This document shows, one piece after another, positions 37,921 to 49,730 of a DNA stretch of 64,000 bases. The stretch spans positions 69,316,001 to 69,380,000 of the forward strand of contig NC_135818.1 of the NCBI RefSeq assembly GCF_964213995.1, given 5' to 3'. Both the position numbers and the translations under genes were made by a program. How positions within the stretch are numbered: the stretch's first letter is position 1; every line of letters starts with the position of its first letter. The stretch is from Mustelus asterias (lineage: Eukaryota). Under the pieces are notes generated by a model, which searched no databases, was not told the origin of the DNA, and saw nothing but the letters and a program-made list of their open reading frames with translations.

Positions 37921-38910
37921 AAGCAAAATACTACCGATGCTGGAATCGGAAATAAAACAGAAAAGCTGGAAAATCTCAATGGTCTGACAGCATCCGTGGA
38001 AAGAAAACAGCCAACGTTTCGAGTCTGGATAAGTCTAAGTTAGAGCTGAAGACGACAGCCAGTGCGGGAGATTGGGGGGGGGGGGGGGGTGGAGGAGGCA
38101 GTGGGTGGCTGAATAGAGGGCCAGCGAGAGGTGGAGGCAAGGGAGAAATTGACAAAAGGAATGTAGATGGTGGTGATCATGGCCAAGAAGGGTGTTGGTA
38201 GGGGCACATTAAGAGATCAGAATGTGTTAATAGCAGAAGAAAGGTAAGCAGTGTGACAAAGGACAACTTGAAATAGGTAACAGATGGCCCCAGTGGGGTT
38301 TGGGGAGGGGAGACAGTGGTAAGAGGAAAAGATGGAAAAGTGTGATTTTTAAAAAAGGGGTGAATGGAAAAATGAATCAATGGAAGAATTTTAAAAAATT
38401 AATTGATGGAAATGGGGTGAACGTGGAGAAAAGGGTTCCTGCTCTGAAGCTGTTGAACTCAATGTTAAGTCTGAAGGGAGTAAAGCGCCTAATCAGAAGA
38501 GGTGCTGTTCCTGCAGTTTGCATTGGGCTTCAGTGGAACATTGCAACAGGCCAAGGATGGACATGTGGACAGAACAGCAGGGTGGTGTGTTGAAATGGCA
38601 AGTGACAGGAAGGTCTGGGTCCTGCCTGCGGACGGACCGAATGTATTCTGCAAAGCGGAAACCCAGTCTGCGTTTGGTCTCTCCAATTTAGAGTGTGTTT
38701 GCGTGGGTTTCCTCCAGGTGCTCCGGTTTCCCCTCAGTCCAAGGATGTGCTAGTTAGGGACATTGGCCCTCAGTGTGCCCAAAAAGGCGCCAGAGTGTGG
38801 TGACTAGGGGATTTTCACAGTAACTTCATTGCAGTGTTAATGCAAGCCTACTTGTGACACTAATAAATAAACTTTAAACCACATTGGGAGCAGCAAATAC
38901 AATAGATCCC
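37921..38910 (-). mobile_element. Penelope-like element family 2, degraded GIY-YIG plus 3' terminal region, interrupted by a V-SINE (38694-38877)
   Basis: Minus-strand translation IYCICCSQCG|(SINE)|L*IGETKRRLGFRFAEYIRSVRRQDPDLPVTCHFN...LQEQHLF*LG. Confidence 0.85.
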
Positions 38911-40327
38911 GAGGGATCTTGGCAGGGTGGATATGGAAAAGATGTTTCCTCGTATGGGAGAATCTAGGGCTAGGGATCACTGTTTAAAAAGAAGGGGGTC
39001 ACTCATTTAAGACAGAGACAAGGAGAATTTTTCTTCTCTCAGAGTTGTAAGTCTTTGGAATTCTCTTCCTCAAAAAGGTAGTGGAAGCAGAATATTTTAA
39101 GAGAAAGCTAGATAGATTCTTGATAAGCAAAAGGATGAAAGGTTATCAGGGTTGGGTGAGAATGTGGGGTTGAGGTTAATTCAGATTGCCATGATCTTAT
39201 TAAATGACAGAGCAGCCTTGAAAGGCTGTGTGGCCTACTCCTGCTCCTACTTGGTACGTTCGTCCATATATAATGGAATCACTCTAGGCTTGTTTTGTTT
39301 GTCTTGGAACAGTTGAAAAGCCCGACTGACAGATTTCTGGGAGGATGGCTTCAAAACATCTCAAAAAAGAGGGAAAAAAAAACAACTTCTATCGAAATCA
39401 ATATCAAAAATGTAATTAAGTAGGAATCCAACCCTAGTTGTAAAACAGATAACTGTAGAATATTTATAATGGAGAGGGGAGGGTTGGCTTCCAAACAATC
39501 CTCCTGATTGTTAAATAATTAAAAGGGCTAATTGAAAATTCAACATCAGTGAAACTTCAAAAGGGTTTAACAGCATTCACCACAACAGCCAGAATATATT
39601 TTTGTTTAAAAAAGTATCGCAAATACTGAAAATCTGCCAATACTTGTTAGTAGAGCAACTCATGTTCCACTGTGTATCTTTGGATTCCCCCGCCCCCAGA
39701 GTAAACATTTTGATGAGAATATAAACTAATAACTATGGCTACATAGTTAAATGTTCAAGAGAATGTTTTCAATAATAAAATGCCTGTTGTTAGTAGGAAC
39801 CATACCCATTTTAGGAACACATCAAGCAACAACACTAACCTCAACCCCGAACAATTCACCAAATGCGAATCCCAATTCCGATTCCAAAATTCCTACTTTG
39901 GTCCAGAATCATTAATTCACATCATTCCAAAAACACACCTGCAGCATCAACAGCCATTGTTGATGATGTAGTTTAAGTTTATTTATTAGCGTCACAAGTA
40001 GGCTTCCATCAACAAAGAGGTTACTGTGAAAAATCCCCTAGTCGCCAGACTCCGGCACCCGTTTGGGCACACTGAGGGAGAATTTAGCATGGCCAATGCA
40101 CCCTAACCAGCATGTTTTTTGGACTGTGGGAGAAAACCAGAGCACCTGGAGGAAACCCACATAGACACAGGGAGAATGTGCAGACTCTGCACAGACAGTA
40201 ACCCAAGCCAGGAATCGAACCTGGGTCCCTGGCACTGTGAGGCAGCAGTTGTGACCACTGTGCCACCCCCATAGTTTGGCCCATTGGCAATAATCACAAA
40301 ACACATTCCCCTGTCTTTCTTCATTGC

Positions 40328-40911
40328 GTGGTGTGGAGATGCCGGCGTTGGACTGGGGTAAACACGTGGTGTCTCACAACACCAGGTTAAAGTCCAACAG
40401 GTTTATTTGGTAGCAAAAGCCACTAGCTTTCGGAGCGCTGCTCCTTCATCAGGTGAGTGGGAGTTCTGTTCACAAACAGGGCATATAAAGACACAAACTC
40501 AATTTACAAAATAATGGTTGGAATGCGAGTCTTTACAGGTAATCAAGTCCTAAAAGGTACAGACAATGTGAGTGGAGAGAGGGTTAAGCACAGGTTAAAG
40601 AGATGTGTATTGTCTCCAGACAGGACAGTTGGTGAGATTTTGCAAGCCCAGGCAAGTGGTGGGGGTTAGAGATAGTGTGACATGAACCCAAGATCCCAGT
40701 TGAGGCCGTCCTCATGTGTGCGGAACTTGGCTATCAGTCTCTGCTCAGCGACTCTGCATTGTCGTGAATTGAGTTTGTGTCTTTATATGCTCTGTTTGTG
40801 AACAGAACTCCCACTCACCTGATAAAGGGGCAACGCTCCAAATGCTAGTGGCTTTTGCTACCAAATAAACCTGTTGGACTTTAACCTGGTGTTGTGCGAC
40901 ATCTTACTGTG
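40328..40911. mobile_element. PLE family 1 palindromic non-autonomous insertion
   Basis: Inverted arms; 12-bp TSD TTTCTTCATTGC at 40316-40327 and 40912-40923. Confidence 0.85.
40421..40455 (-). ncRNA. Minimal hammerhead ribozyme (PLE family 1), sense to GON7 pre-mRNA
   Basis: cac CTGATGA a ggagc-agc-gctcc GAAA gc TA gtg. Further minus-strand copies at 36357-36393 and 37519-37555. Confidence 0.75.
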
Positions 40912-43900
40912 TTTCTTCATTGCTACACCACACTTTGTTTCCTTCCCTTTCCATATATTTCAGTCCATTCCCCTTCCCTACAGTTCCTGATCCCCCCCCT
41001 CTTCCCCCATCCACTTCATTCCTATCCCAGGCATGAGAAGGGTTTAAAAAAAGTCTCCTGCCAACGCAAGATGCGCAGAAAAGCAATGATGTCATTTGCA
41101 GCATACACAATGCCAGTTGGATCTTATTCGGATCCTGGAGCCATTCACCCAGCTTCTGAGCCCCGCAATGGGTGGTCAGTCTGGTCACAGCCTTCCCGCA
41201 GATTCTGGGGATTGGGATGGGAAGGGAGGGGAGGCTTCAGATTCACCCAGTGATGGCCGCAATTCCAGACTATAACCTCCATATCCCAAGTTTCCAGTTC
41301 CGGGGCTTCTTACCAGTGACAGGCCTGGGTTAAGGCTCCGGAGTCAGAGATGGCGACGGACTCAGAAACTGGGTGAATGGCTTCATGATCCCAATAAGAT
41401 CCAACCGGGAGAAGCCCCAGAACTGCAAATGTGGGTTAGGGTTGTAATCCGGAATTGCAGCCGTCACTGGGTGATTGGGAAGGCTGACATCCCCTCCATC
41501 CCAATCCCCAGCTCCATTTTTTAAAAATTAACTCACGGGACGTGGGCACCTCTGGCCGGGCCAGCATTTATTGCCCATCCCTAACTGCCCTCCATTTCAG
41601 AGGGTATTTGAGAGTCAACCACATTGCTGTGGATCTGGAGTCACATGTGGACCAGATCAGATAAGGGCAGCAGATTTCCTAAAGGACATTAGTGAACCAG
41701 ATGGGCTTTTTGTGACAATCGACGATGGTTTCATGGTCATTAGACTTTTAATTCCAGATTTTTATTGAATTCAAACTTCACCATCTGCCATGGTGAGATT
41801 TGAACCCGGGTCCCCAGAGCATCACGCTGGGTCTCTGAATTACTAGTTCAGCGACAATACCACTACACCACCGCCTCCATTCCTCCCCTCTGCCCCCGAG
41901 AAGATGGGACTTTCTTTACTTATAACGTTTGATAAACATCTCTGCTCCTGACCACTGCCTAATCCATCCCTCACAATGGTGTCACAGAGTAAAACAGTAG
42001 ACGTGTCCTTGGCAGCAAATACAGTCTTAAAGAAATGGCATTAGGTTCACCCATCATGGATTCTGAATCGCTATCTACGATAGACAATAAAGACACTTTG
42101 CCATGATCTTTTATTAGGTAGAAATATGGTTGGAGAGAGGCGGGTTATAAAAGGAAAGACAGGAGAAGGGGTTGAATTTGAGAGAGATGCCCAAGAATTG
42201 ATGGGGTGGGCATTTTGGGGGGGGCTGATGGAAGGAGCAGAAGAGGTACTCCAGGATGTTTGCCCTGGCTCAATGGCAACACTTTCCCCAGAGTCAGAAG
42301 GTCGTGGGTCAAAACTCAACCCGAGAGATCTGAGAACATGCTGACACTTCAATGTAGTGTAAAATGCTGCATGTTGTTTTGAATGAGACATCAAACTGTG
42401 GTCACTCTAAAAGATAACAGTTAAAAGGACAGGGAGTTGGCCTGAAGCCCTGGCCAACTTTTATCACTCAACCAACACCCAAAATGAACGATCTGGCCAT
42501 CCATCTCATTCGCAGTTTGGGTTACTTTGCTGTACAGAAGTTGGTTGCTGCACTGTGTCGGTGTCACTGGTGGAGCCAGCATCTGGTGCCTATCTCCAAT
42601 TTCCCCATGAACTGAGTGACTTGCTGGACCATTTCAGAGGGCAGTTAAGCGTCAACCGCATTGCTGTCGATCTAGAGTCACATGTAGGCCACACGAGGTA
42701 AGGATGACACATTTCCCTAAAGGACAATAATGCTTTAACCAGAGGGTTTTTATGACAATCGATATCCCCTGGAGGTGGAGGGCAGGGGTCCCTCCTAAAG
42801 TTAAGGTTTATTTATTAGTCACAAGTAGGCTTACATTCACACTGCAAAGACGTTATTATGAAAGTCCCCTAGTCGCCGCACTGTGGTGCCTGTTTGGACA
42901 CACTGAGGGAGAATTTAGCATGGCCAATGCATCTAACCTGCACATCTTTGGACTGTGGGAAGAAACCGGAGCACCCGGAGGAAACCCAGGCAGGCACGGG
43001 AGAATGTGCAAACTCCATACAGACAGTGACCCAAGCCAGGAATTGAACCCGGGTCCCTATCTTGAGTCTCTGGATTACTAGCCCAGTGACATTACCTCGA
43101 CGCCACCACCTCCCATTGCCTACTTTACACTTCAGACAGTACTGCACTGGCAGTGAAACACTTTGGAGCATGCTAAGGTGCTGTACAGACTGATGGAATA
43201 GTTACAGCACCGAAGGAGGCTATTCGTCCTTCAAGTCTGTGCTGGCTCTCTGAAGGAGCAATTCACCTGGTGCCACTCCTCCACCTTATTCCCGTGACCT
43301 TGCACATTCTTCCTTCTCATTTAATAATCCAATTCTCTTCAGAACACCTCGATCAGAGCTGCCTCTACCACACATTCTCACGCAGCGCCTTCCAGATCCT
43401 AAGCACCCCTGTGTGAAAAACCTTGTCCTCATATTGTCAATTAACTTTACATCTGACGCCTGCTGGTCTCAATCCTTTTATTAATGGCAATACTTTCCCC
43501 CCCAATCTCTCCACATCAATACTTTCCCCCCCAAGCATTGTGACCTATAGATGCAGGACTATTTCCTGGTTGGGCGGAGGTGCAAGTAGACTACAGGGGT
43601 GGTGGTGGGAAGAGGATGTGAGCAAACCACAATGGGTTTCTGGGAGGATGGGTTGAAAACTCAACAAAAAGGAGCAAGAAAAACAAAAACAACTTGTAGC
43701 CAGGAAACAGGGGGAATGGAGGGTTGATTCCAAACACTGCAGGCTGGGAGAAAGCAGGGCATGTGCAAGGTCTCACCCACGTGTATGCCAGATACCCCAA
43801 TCCCCAAGATAAAAACAAAATACTGCAGATGCTGGCATCTGAAACAAAAACAGAAAATGCTGGAAAATCTCTGACGAAGGGTCACCCTGACTCAAAATGT

Positions 43901-44079
43901 TGGCTCTGTTCTCTCTCCACAGATGCTGTCAGACCTGCTGAGATTTTCCAGCACTTTTCTGTTTTTGTTGTGTTGACCCCAGTCCCCTGGCTGGATCAAC
44001 CGCTCCCTCAATGCAGGGAAAAAAAGGCCCAATACCCACAGAAAAAGGCCTGCAGATTTTAGCAGAGTTGCTTTCCCCA

Positions 44080-45555
44080 TGGGGAAAGAGGAAGAAGGGG
44101 GGGGGTTTAAGGGGGGGAGAGAGAAGAAAGGGGGGGGTTAAAGGGGAGAGAGGAAGAAAGGGGGGGTTAAAGGGAGAGAGGAAGAAAGGGGGGGGTTAAA
44201 GGGGAGAGGGGAAGAAAGGGGGGGGGTTAAAGGGGAGAGGGGAAGAAAGGGGGGGTTAAAGGGGAGAGGGGAAGAAAGGGGGGGGGGTTAAAGGGGAGAG
44301 GGGAAGAAAGGGGGGGGGTTAAAGGGGAGAGAGGAAGAAAGGGGGGGTTAAAGGGGGGAGAGGAAGAAAGGGGGGGTTAAGGGGGAGAGAGGAAGAAAGG
44401 GGGGGTTAAAGGGGAGAGAGGAAGAAAGGGGGGGGGTTAAAGGGGAGAGAGGAAGAAAGGGGGGGGTTAAAGGGGAGAGAGGAAGAAAGGGGGGGGTTAA
44501 AGGGGAGAGGAAGAAAGGGGGGTTAAAGGGGAAGAGGAAAAAGGGGGGGGTTAAAGGGGAGAGAGGAAGAAAGGGGGGGGTTAAGGGGAGAGAGGAAGAA
44601 AGGGGGGTTAATGGGGAGAGAGGAAGAAAGGGGGGGTTATGGGGGAGAGAGGAAGAAAGGGGGGTTATGGGGAGAGAGGAAGAAAGGGGGGGTTATGGGG
44701 GAGAGAGGAAGAAAGGGGGGTTTATGGGGAGAGAGGAAGAAAGGGGGTTATGGGGGAGAGAGGAAGAAAGGGGGGTTATGGGGGAGAGAGGAAGAAAGGG
44801 GGGGTTATAGGGGAGAGAGGAAGAAAGGGGGGGTTATGGGGAGAGGAGGAAAGGGGGGTTATAGGGGAGAGAGGAAAAAAGGGGGGTTATAGGGGAGAGA
44901 GGGAAAGGGGGTTATAGGGGAGAGAGGAAGAAAGGGGGGTTATAGGGGAGAGAGGAAGAAAGGGGGGGTTATAGGGGAGAGAGGAAGAAAGGGGGGTTAT
45001 AGGGAGAGAGAAGAAAGGGGGGGTTATAGGGGAGAGAGGAAGAAAGGGGGGGTTATAGGGGAGAGAGGAGAAAGGGGGGGTTATAGGGGAGAGAGGAAGA
45101 AAGGGGGGGTTATAGGGGAGAGAGGAAGAAGAAAGGGGGGGGTTATAGGGGAGAGAGGAAGAAAGGGGGTTTTGGGGGGGTTTGTTTAGGGGGGGGGTGT
45201 GTGTTTTGGGGGGGGGTGTGTTTGGTTTGGGGGGGGGGGGTGTTTGGTTGTTTGTTGGGGTTTGTTGTTTTGGGGGTGTGGTTTTTGGGGGGTGTTTTTT
45301 GGNNNNNNNNNNNNNNNNNNNNNNNNNNNNNNNNNNNNNNNNNNNNNNNNNNNNNNNNNNNNNNNNNNNNNNNNNNNNNNNNNNNNNNNNNNNNNNNNNN
45401 NNNNNNNNNNNNNNNNNNNNNNNNNNNNNNNNNNNNNNNNNNNNNNNNNNNNNNNNNNNNNNNNNNNNNNNNNNNNNNNNNNNNNNNNNNNNNNNNNNNN
45501 NNGGGGAGAGAGGAAGAAAGGGGGGGGTTAAGAGGGAGAGGAAGAAAGGGGGTTT
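44080..45555. repeat. Purine/G-rich minisatellite (~27-30-bp unit GGGGAGAGAGGAAGAAAGGGGGGGTTA(AA/TG/TA)) spanning an assembly gap
   Basis: Dozens of tandem units at 44080-45170 and again at 45503-45555. Confidence 0.95.
45303..45502. other. Assembly gap (200 N)
   Basis: Run of N. Confidence 1.
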
Positions 45556-45689
45556 CGGAAGCATCCACATCTAGAGTGGAATATTATAACCACAGAGAGG
45601 GTGGGAAGCATTGGGCGCTCACACTTTCGTTTTGACAGCAATACGTGTTAAAAGGCAGTGAGTGGTTATCCTCCACAAGACAGACTCAC

Positions 45690-45879
45690 CGGCCTCCTCC
45701 TCCTGTTGCTCTTTCTCCTGCAGAACCAGTTGAGTGAAGGGGTCGCGGAGCTGCTGCTGCAGGAGGCGGACTCCGCTCAGGATGCCCGCGATGGTGCGGG
45801 GAGAGCGGACAGAGAAGCGCCGGCACTCGCCGCTGCGGTAGCCCAGCTCCCCGCACAGCTCGGAGGTAGACTCGGCCAT
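45690..45879 (-). CDS. GON7: GON7 exon 1: MAESTSELCGELGYRSGECRRFSVRSPRTIAGILSGVRLLQQQLRDPFTQLVLQEKEQQEEEA(G)
   Basis: Similar to human MELLGEY...GLLSGVAQM...LFDPLV; 190 nt ending at a G|GTGAGT donor; head-to-head with UBR7 as in human. Confidence 0.88.
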
Positions 45880-46110
45880 GTGTCTGGTCTCTCCTCCCCG
45901 CAAAGCAACCTCTCAATTCACCAACAATAAAACACACACAGCTTAACGTAACAATATATAAAACAAAAGCCAGCGGCTTGCTGTAACCAAAACAGCCCTG
46001 AATATGCAGCATGCACTTTATTTTAACACAGAGAGGAGGAGGGGGGTAAGGGGGAGGGGTGCAGGCAGCTTTAAATAGCTCCCAACCCGGAAGTCCTTGT
46101 ACATTCGGAG
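45880..46110. promoter_or_regulatory. GON7/UBR7 bidirectional promoter
   Basis: 231 bp between divergent ATGs; ETS/GABP motif CCGGAAGT at 46087-46094; YY1-like AGATGGCGGC spanning the UBR7 ATG. Confidence 0.75.
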
Positions 46111-46260
46111 ATGGCGGCAAATGAGGGAAATCACAAGCGGTCGCTGGAGGAGGATCCCATCGTGTCTTTAGCCGAGGTTTTGGAGGAGAATGAGGAGTTG
46201 GAGAATGAAGCTTGCGCTGTCCTAGGCGGCAGCGACTCGGATAGATGTTCATATTCGGAT
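46111..46260 (+). CDS. UBR7: UBR7 E3 ubiquitin ligase exon 1 (MAANEG...VSLAEVLEENEELENEACAVLGGSDSDRCSYSD)
   Basis: Matches human VSLVDVLEEDEELENEACAVLGGSDSEKCSYS; donor GTGAGT at 46261. Confidence 0.96.
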
Positions 46261-46879
46261 GTGAGTGTGGGGAATGTCTCCTTTGTCTCTGTGTGTGTGT
46301 GTCTGGGTCTGTGTCTGGGGGGCGGGGAATTGCATTCATTCCCAAACCTCAAATCAACTGGGGCTAGATTGGGATTTCCAGCAGGAAAAAAAAACAGCCA
46401 GAATTCACTGCACAAAATAAAGAATCCAGGTTTGTTTGGTTTGTGTATATATACATATATATATATATGTGTGTGTTTGGGGGGGTAATAATTTAATCCC
46501 CATGGAAATTCTCCCCCGATATATCTAACCAAACAGGAGGTAGTTAATTCCACTGATCTGTTTCCGACAGTGGAAATGCCAGCCAGTACATTGTTGTTTG
46601 TTTATTTTTCTTCGAAGATGGCTGTGTGTTTGAGGCCTGGTTGGTGCTCAGGATTGATCCCAGTGGGAGAAGGGAGGGATTTGCCAGGGAAGCAGCTGCT
46701 GTAAAGCACAGAATGGGCCGTGTTAATTTCATGTCAATAACACCTCCCTCCTCCCGGGTTCCGCACCTCCGCCTGGCGCCTTTTTCATGTAACAAATTCC
46801 GCCCTCTTGTGATTGGTCCGCACGGAGGCGGGTGGTTACATTTCGGAACGTTGAGAATTGTCATGGGGGGGGGAGGAAC

Positions 46880-47345
46880 ACCCTGGGATTTGGGGAGGGA
46901 GGTAGGGGGGGTCCCCCCACTCTGTGGATCACTGGGGTGATCTCCTCCCCCCACCTCCCTCCCCAAATCCCAGTGACCCACAGAGTGGGGTGATCCCCCC
47001 CACCTCCCTCCCCAAATCCCAGTGATCCACAGTGAGAGAGATCCCCTCTATCTCCGTCCCAAAATCCCAGTGATCCACAGAGTGGGAGGGATCCCCTCTA
47101 CCTCCCTCCCCAAATCCCACTCTGTGGATCACTGGGATTTGGGGAGGGAGGTAGAGGGGATCCCTCCCACTCTGTGGATCACTGGGATTTGGGGAGGGAG
47201 GTAGAGAGGGTCCCCCCCACCCTAGATCACTGGGATCTGGGGAGGGAGGTGGAGGGGATCCCCCACTCTGGGTCACTGGGATTTGGGGAGGGTTGCAGAG
47301 GGAATTCCCCCACTCTGTTGGGCCTGGGATTTGTGGAGGATGGCA
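46880..47345. repeat. ~45-50-bp tandem repeat array with an internal inversion (UBR7 intron 1)
   Basis: Unit ccactctgtggatcactgggatttggggagggaggtagaggggatccc in + (46880-46937), - (46938-47118) and + (47119-47345) orientation. Confidence 0.85.
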
Positions 47346-47367
47346 GGGACCCTTTTCATGTGAGATA

Positions 47368-47475
47368 CAGTAAGGAGTCTAACAACACCAGGTTAAAGTC
47401 CAACAGGTTTATTTGGTAGCAAACGCCACTAGCCCAGTCCAGGTATTACCCCAGTCCAACGCTGGCATCTCCACA
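47368..47475. mobile_element. PLE family 1 short insertion
   Basis: 12-bp TSD TCATGTGAGATA at 47356-47367 and 47476-47487. Confidence 0.8.
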
Positions 47476-48406
47476 TCATGTGAGATAGGTATTCAGAGTC
47501 CCTGCTCTGTGCTCCTATAGCAAGAGATTTCTGTCGCCTACCACAAATGTTTTTTTGCAGTTGGAGGAAATAAAGGAACCACTTGTAGTTGTATATTGTC
47601 CCACTACTTTCCTTTTGATAGTTGCTACATTCTCTCTAGGTAGGATCTGGTCCTCGGGTGTGTGTCAGCAGAGCCAATATTTGTAGCGAGTCTCTTGCTT
47701 AGGACTATTTTGAAAAGTGCAACCCTAGAAGGATTCTGGGCGGCACAGTGGCACGATAGTTAGCACTGCTGCCTCACAGCGCCAGGGACCTGGGTTCAAT
47801 TCCAGCCTCTGATCACTGTCTGTGTGGAATTTGCACGTTCTCCTCGTGTCTGCGTGGGTTTCCTCTGGGTGCTCCAGTTTCCTCCCACACTCTAAAGTTG
47901 TGCAGATTAGGTGGATTGGCCAGGCTAAATTGCCCCTTAGTGTCAGGGTAATTAGCAGGGTAAATATGTAGGGTTACGGGAGTATGGCCTGGGTAGGATT
48001 GTGGTTGGTGCAGACTTGATGGGCCGAATGGCCTCCTGCACTGTAGGGGTTTTATGATAACCCCGGATCCACTTTCTACAGTTCAGGAAGCTCCTGAATT
48101 TGTTAGCTGGGTTGTGTTCAGTTTGATTTATAAGCTCCTTGTCTAAAATCAGCAATCAAAATTCTAACCGCCAACACCCCCCCAAGCTGAATGCTCAATA
48201 GCACATGAGGCGACTTGATAGCTGCTGTAATTCCAAGTGAAATCCCACTAACTGACTTTTGCATTTCAGCTTCCACCGAAATGCTTTTAATTTTGTGACT
48301 AACCTCCTGTGGATTTGCTCCAGAAATTGCTGCATTAATGGTTGGAAGATTGTCACTGCTGCACTTTGTAACCTCTTTCATTCTGACTTTGCTGTCTTCC
48401 TTACAG

Positions 48407-48540
48407 GGCTATGTAAAGAGACAGGCATTGTATGCTTGTAATACCTGTACACCGAAAGGAGGCCAGCCTGCTGGCATCTGTCTAGCTTGTAGCTACAAGT
48501 GTCATGAGGGCCACGAGCTGTTCGAATTGTATACTAAAAG
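48407..48540 (+). CDS. UBR7: UBR7 exon 2 (GYVKRQALYACNTCTPKGGQPAGICLACSYKCHEGHELFELYTKR), UBR-box zinc finger
   Basis: ttacag| acceptor, AG|GTATAG donor, 134 nt, in frame with exons 1 and 3. Confidence 0.96.
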
Positions 48541-49669
48541 GTATAGTGTTATTCTCCATAACATTCCAAGGTGAGCTAAGACACTGAACTAGACAGAGAA
48601 GGTAAACCAAGAGCAATAGATAATGCACCAAGACACGGCCCTCAGTGTTGTGACAAGTAGCAATGCATTTCTTTGCATGGAGGCTGCTGAACAAGAATAT
48701 TGATGCCAGGATATTGGGCCTCTTACTGTGATGTTCATAGAATCATACAATGCAGAAGGAGGCCATTCAGCCATTTGAGTCTACATCGACCACAATCTCA
48801 CCCAGGCCCTATCCCCATAATCCCATGCACTTGCCCTAGCTAGTCCCCCTGACCCTAAGGGGCAATTTAGCGTGGTCAATCCACCTAACCCGCACATCTT
48901 TGGACTATGGGAGGAAACCGGAGCACCCGAAGGAAACCCACGCAGACACGGAGAGAACGGGCAAACTCCACACAGACAGTGACTCAAGCCAGGAATCGAA
49001 CCCGGGTCCTTGTGCTAACCACTGTGCTGCCCAGGTGCAGCTGCCAAGCCCTTTAGTCTGCCCATGACCATGCCCAATGTTGTTCCATTTGTGCTTTTTC
49101 TTTTGTGGCACCTGTAGGTTGGGAAAGACTGTTCTTGGTGTTGGCATCTAATCTTCGGACAGAGCTTAAATAGAGATCTGTTGGTCTCGGTGACTGTGGA
49201 TCCACACAATTGAGTGTAATATATGCACATAAATGGGAACATTAATTTTAAACTTTATACTTGGCCCCTGAAACTCCGTGTGATGCGAGTGTGGGATTTT
49301 AAATAGATAGTGTTCTGGAAGGATGAAATCTAATATGTGGAAGGCTTGGGTGACACAAATCCAATAAAGAAAATACTAAAATTTGAGATTAAATTTGTTG
49401 CAGATGCTTTTGTGAAAATGTATACTTAAGAGGAATCCTGTTTTTTTGGGGGGCAGTAGGCAATAATGGATATTTGTAATATTCAGTAAGTTCAATCAGT
49501 GGGACTTTAGTTGAAATTCAGTAATATTTAAATTACTGCATGATATTGGGCTTTTTTTTAAAGAGGAACATGACGAGTGCTGACTTTGAGAGAGCAGTAG
49601 TCAAATTGTAAAAGCTTGTTTTGGAGGGTAATTTCAAATGCTAATATCTACCTACTTGTATTGTTCCAG

Positions 49670-49730
49670 AAACTTTCGTTGCGATTGTGGGAACAGCAAG
49701 TTTAATAATCTGCAGTGCAAGTTTTTCTCG
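49670..49730 (+). CDS. UBR7: UBR7 exon 3 (NFRCDCGNSKFNNLQCKFFS)
   Basis: ttccag| acceptor, GTAAGT donor, 61 nt; RNFRCDCG UBR-box motif. Confidence 0.96.

Noticed and set aside
45170-45302. Abrupt G/T-only segment after the minisatellite
   Set aside because: It abuts the N gap and looks like degraded base-calling of the same repeat; probable artefact.
44611-45635. G/E/R/K- and P-rich ORFs
   Set aside because: Translations of the minisatellite and gap.
46880-47345. CRISPR-like array
   Set aside because: Eukaryotic context, no unique spacers and no cas genes.
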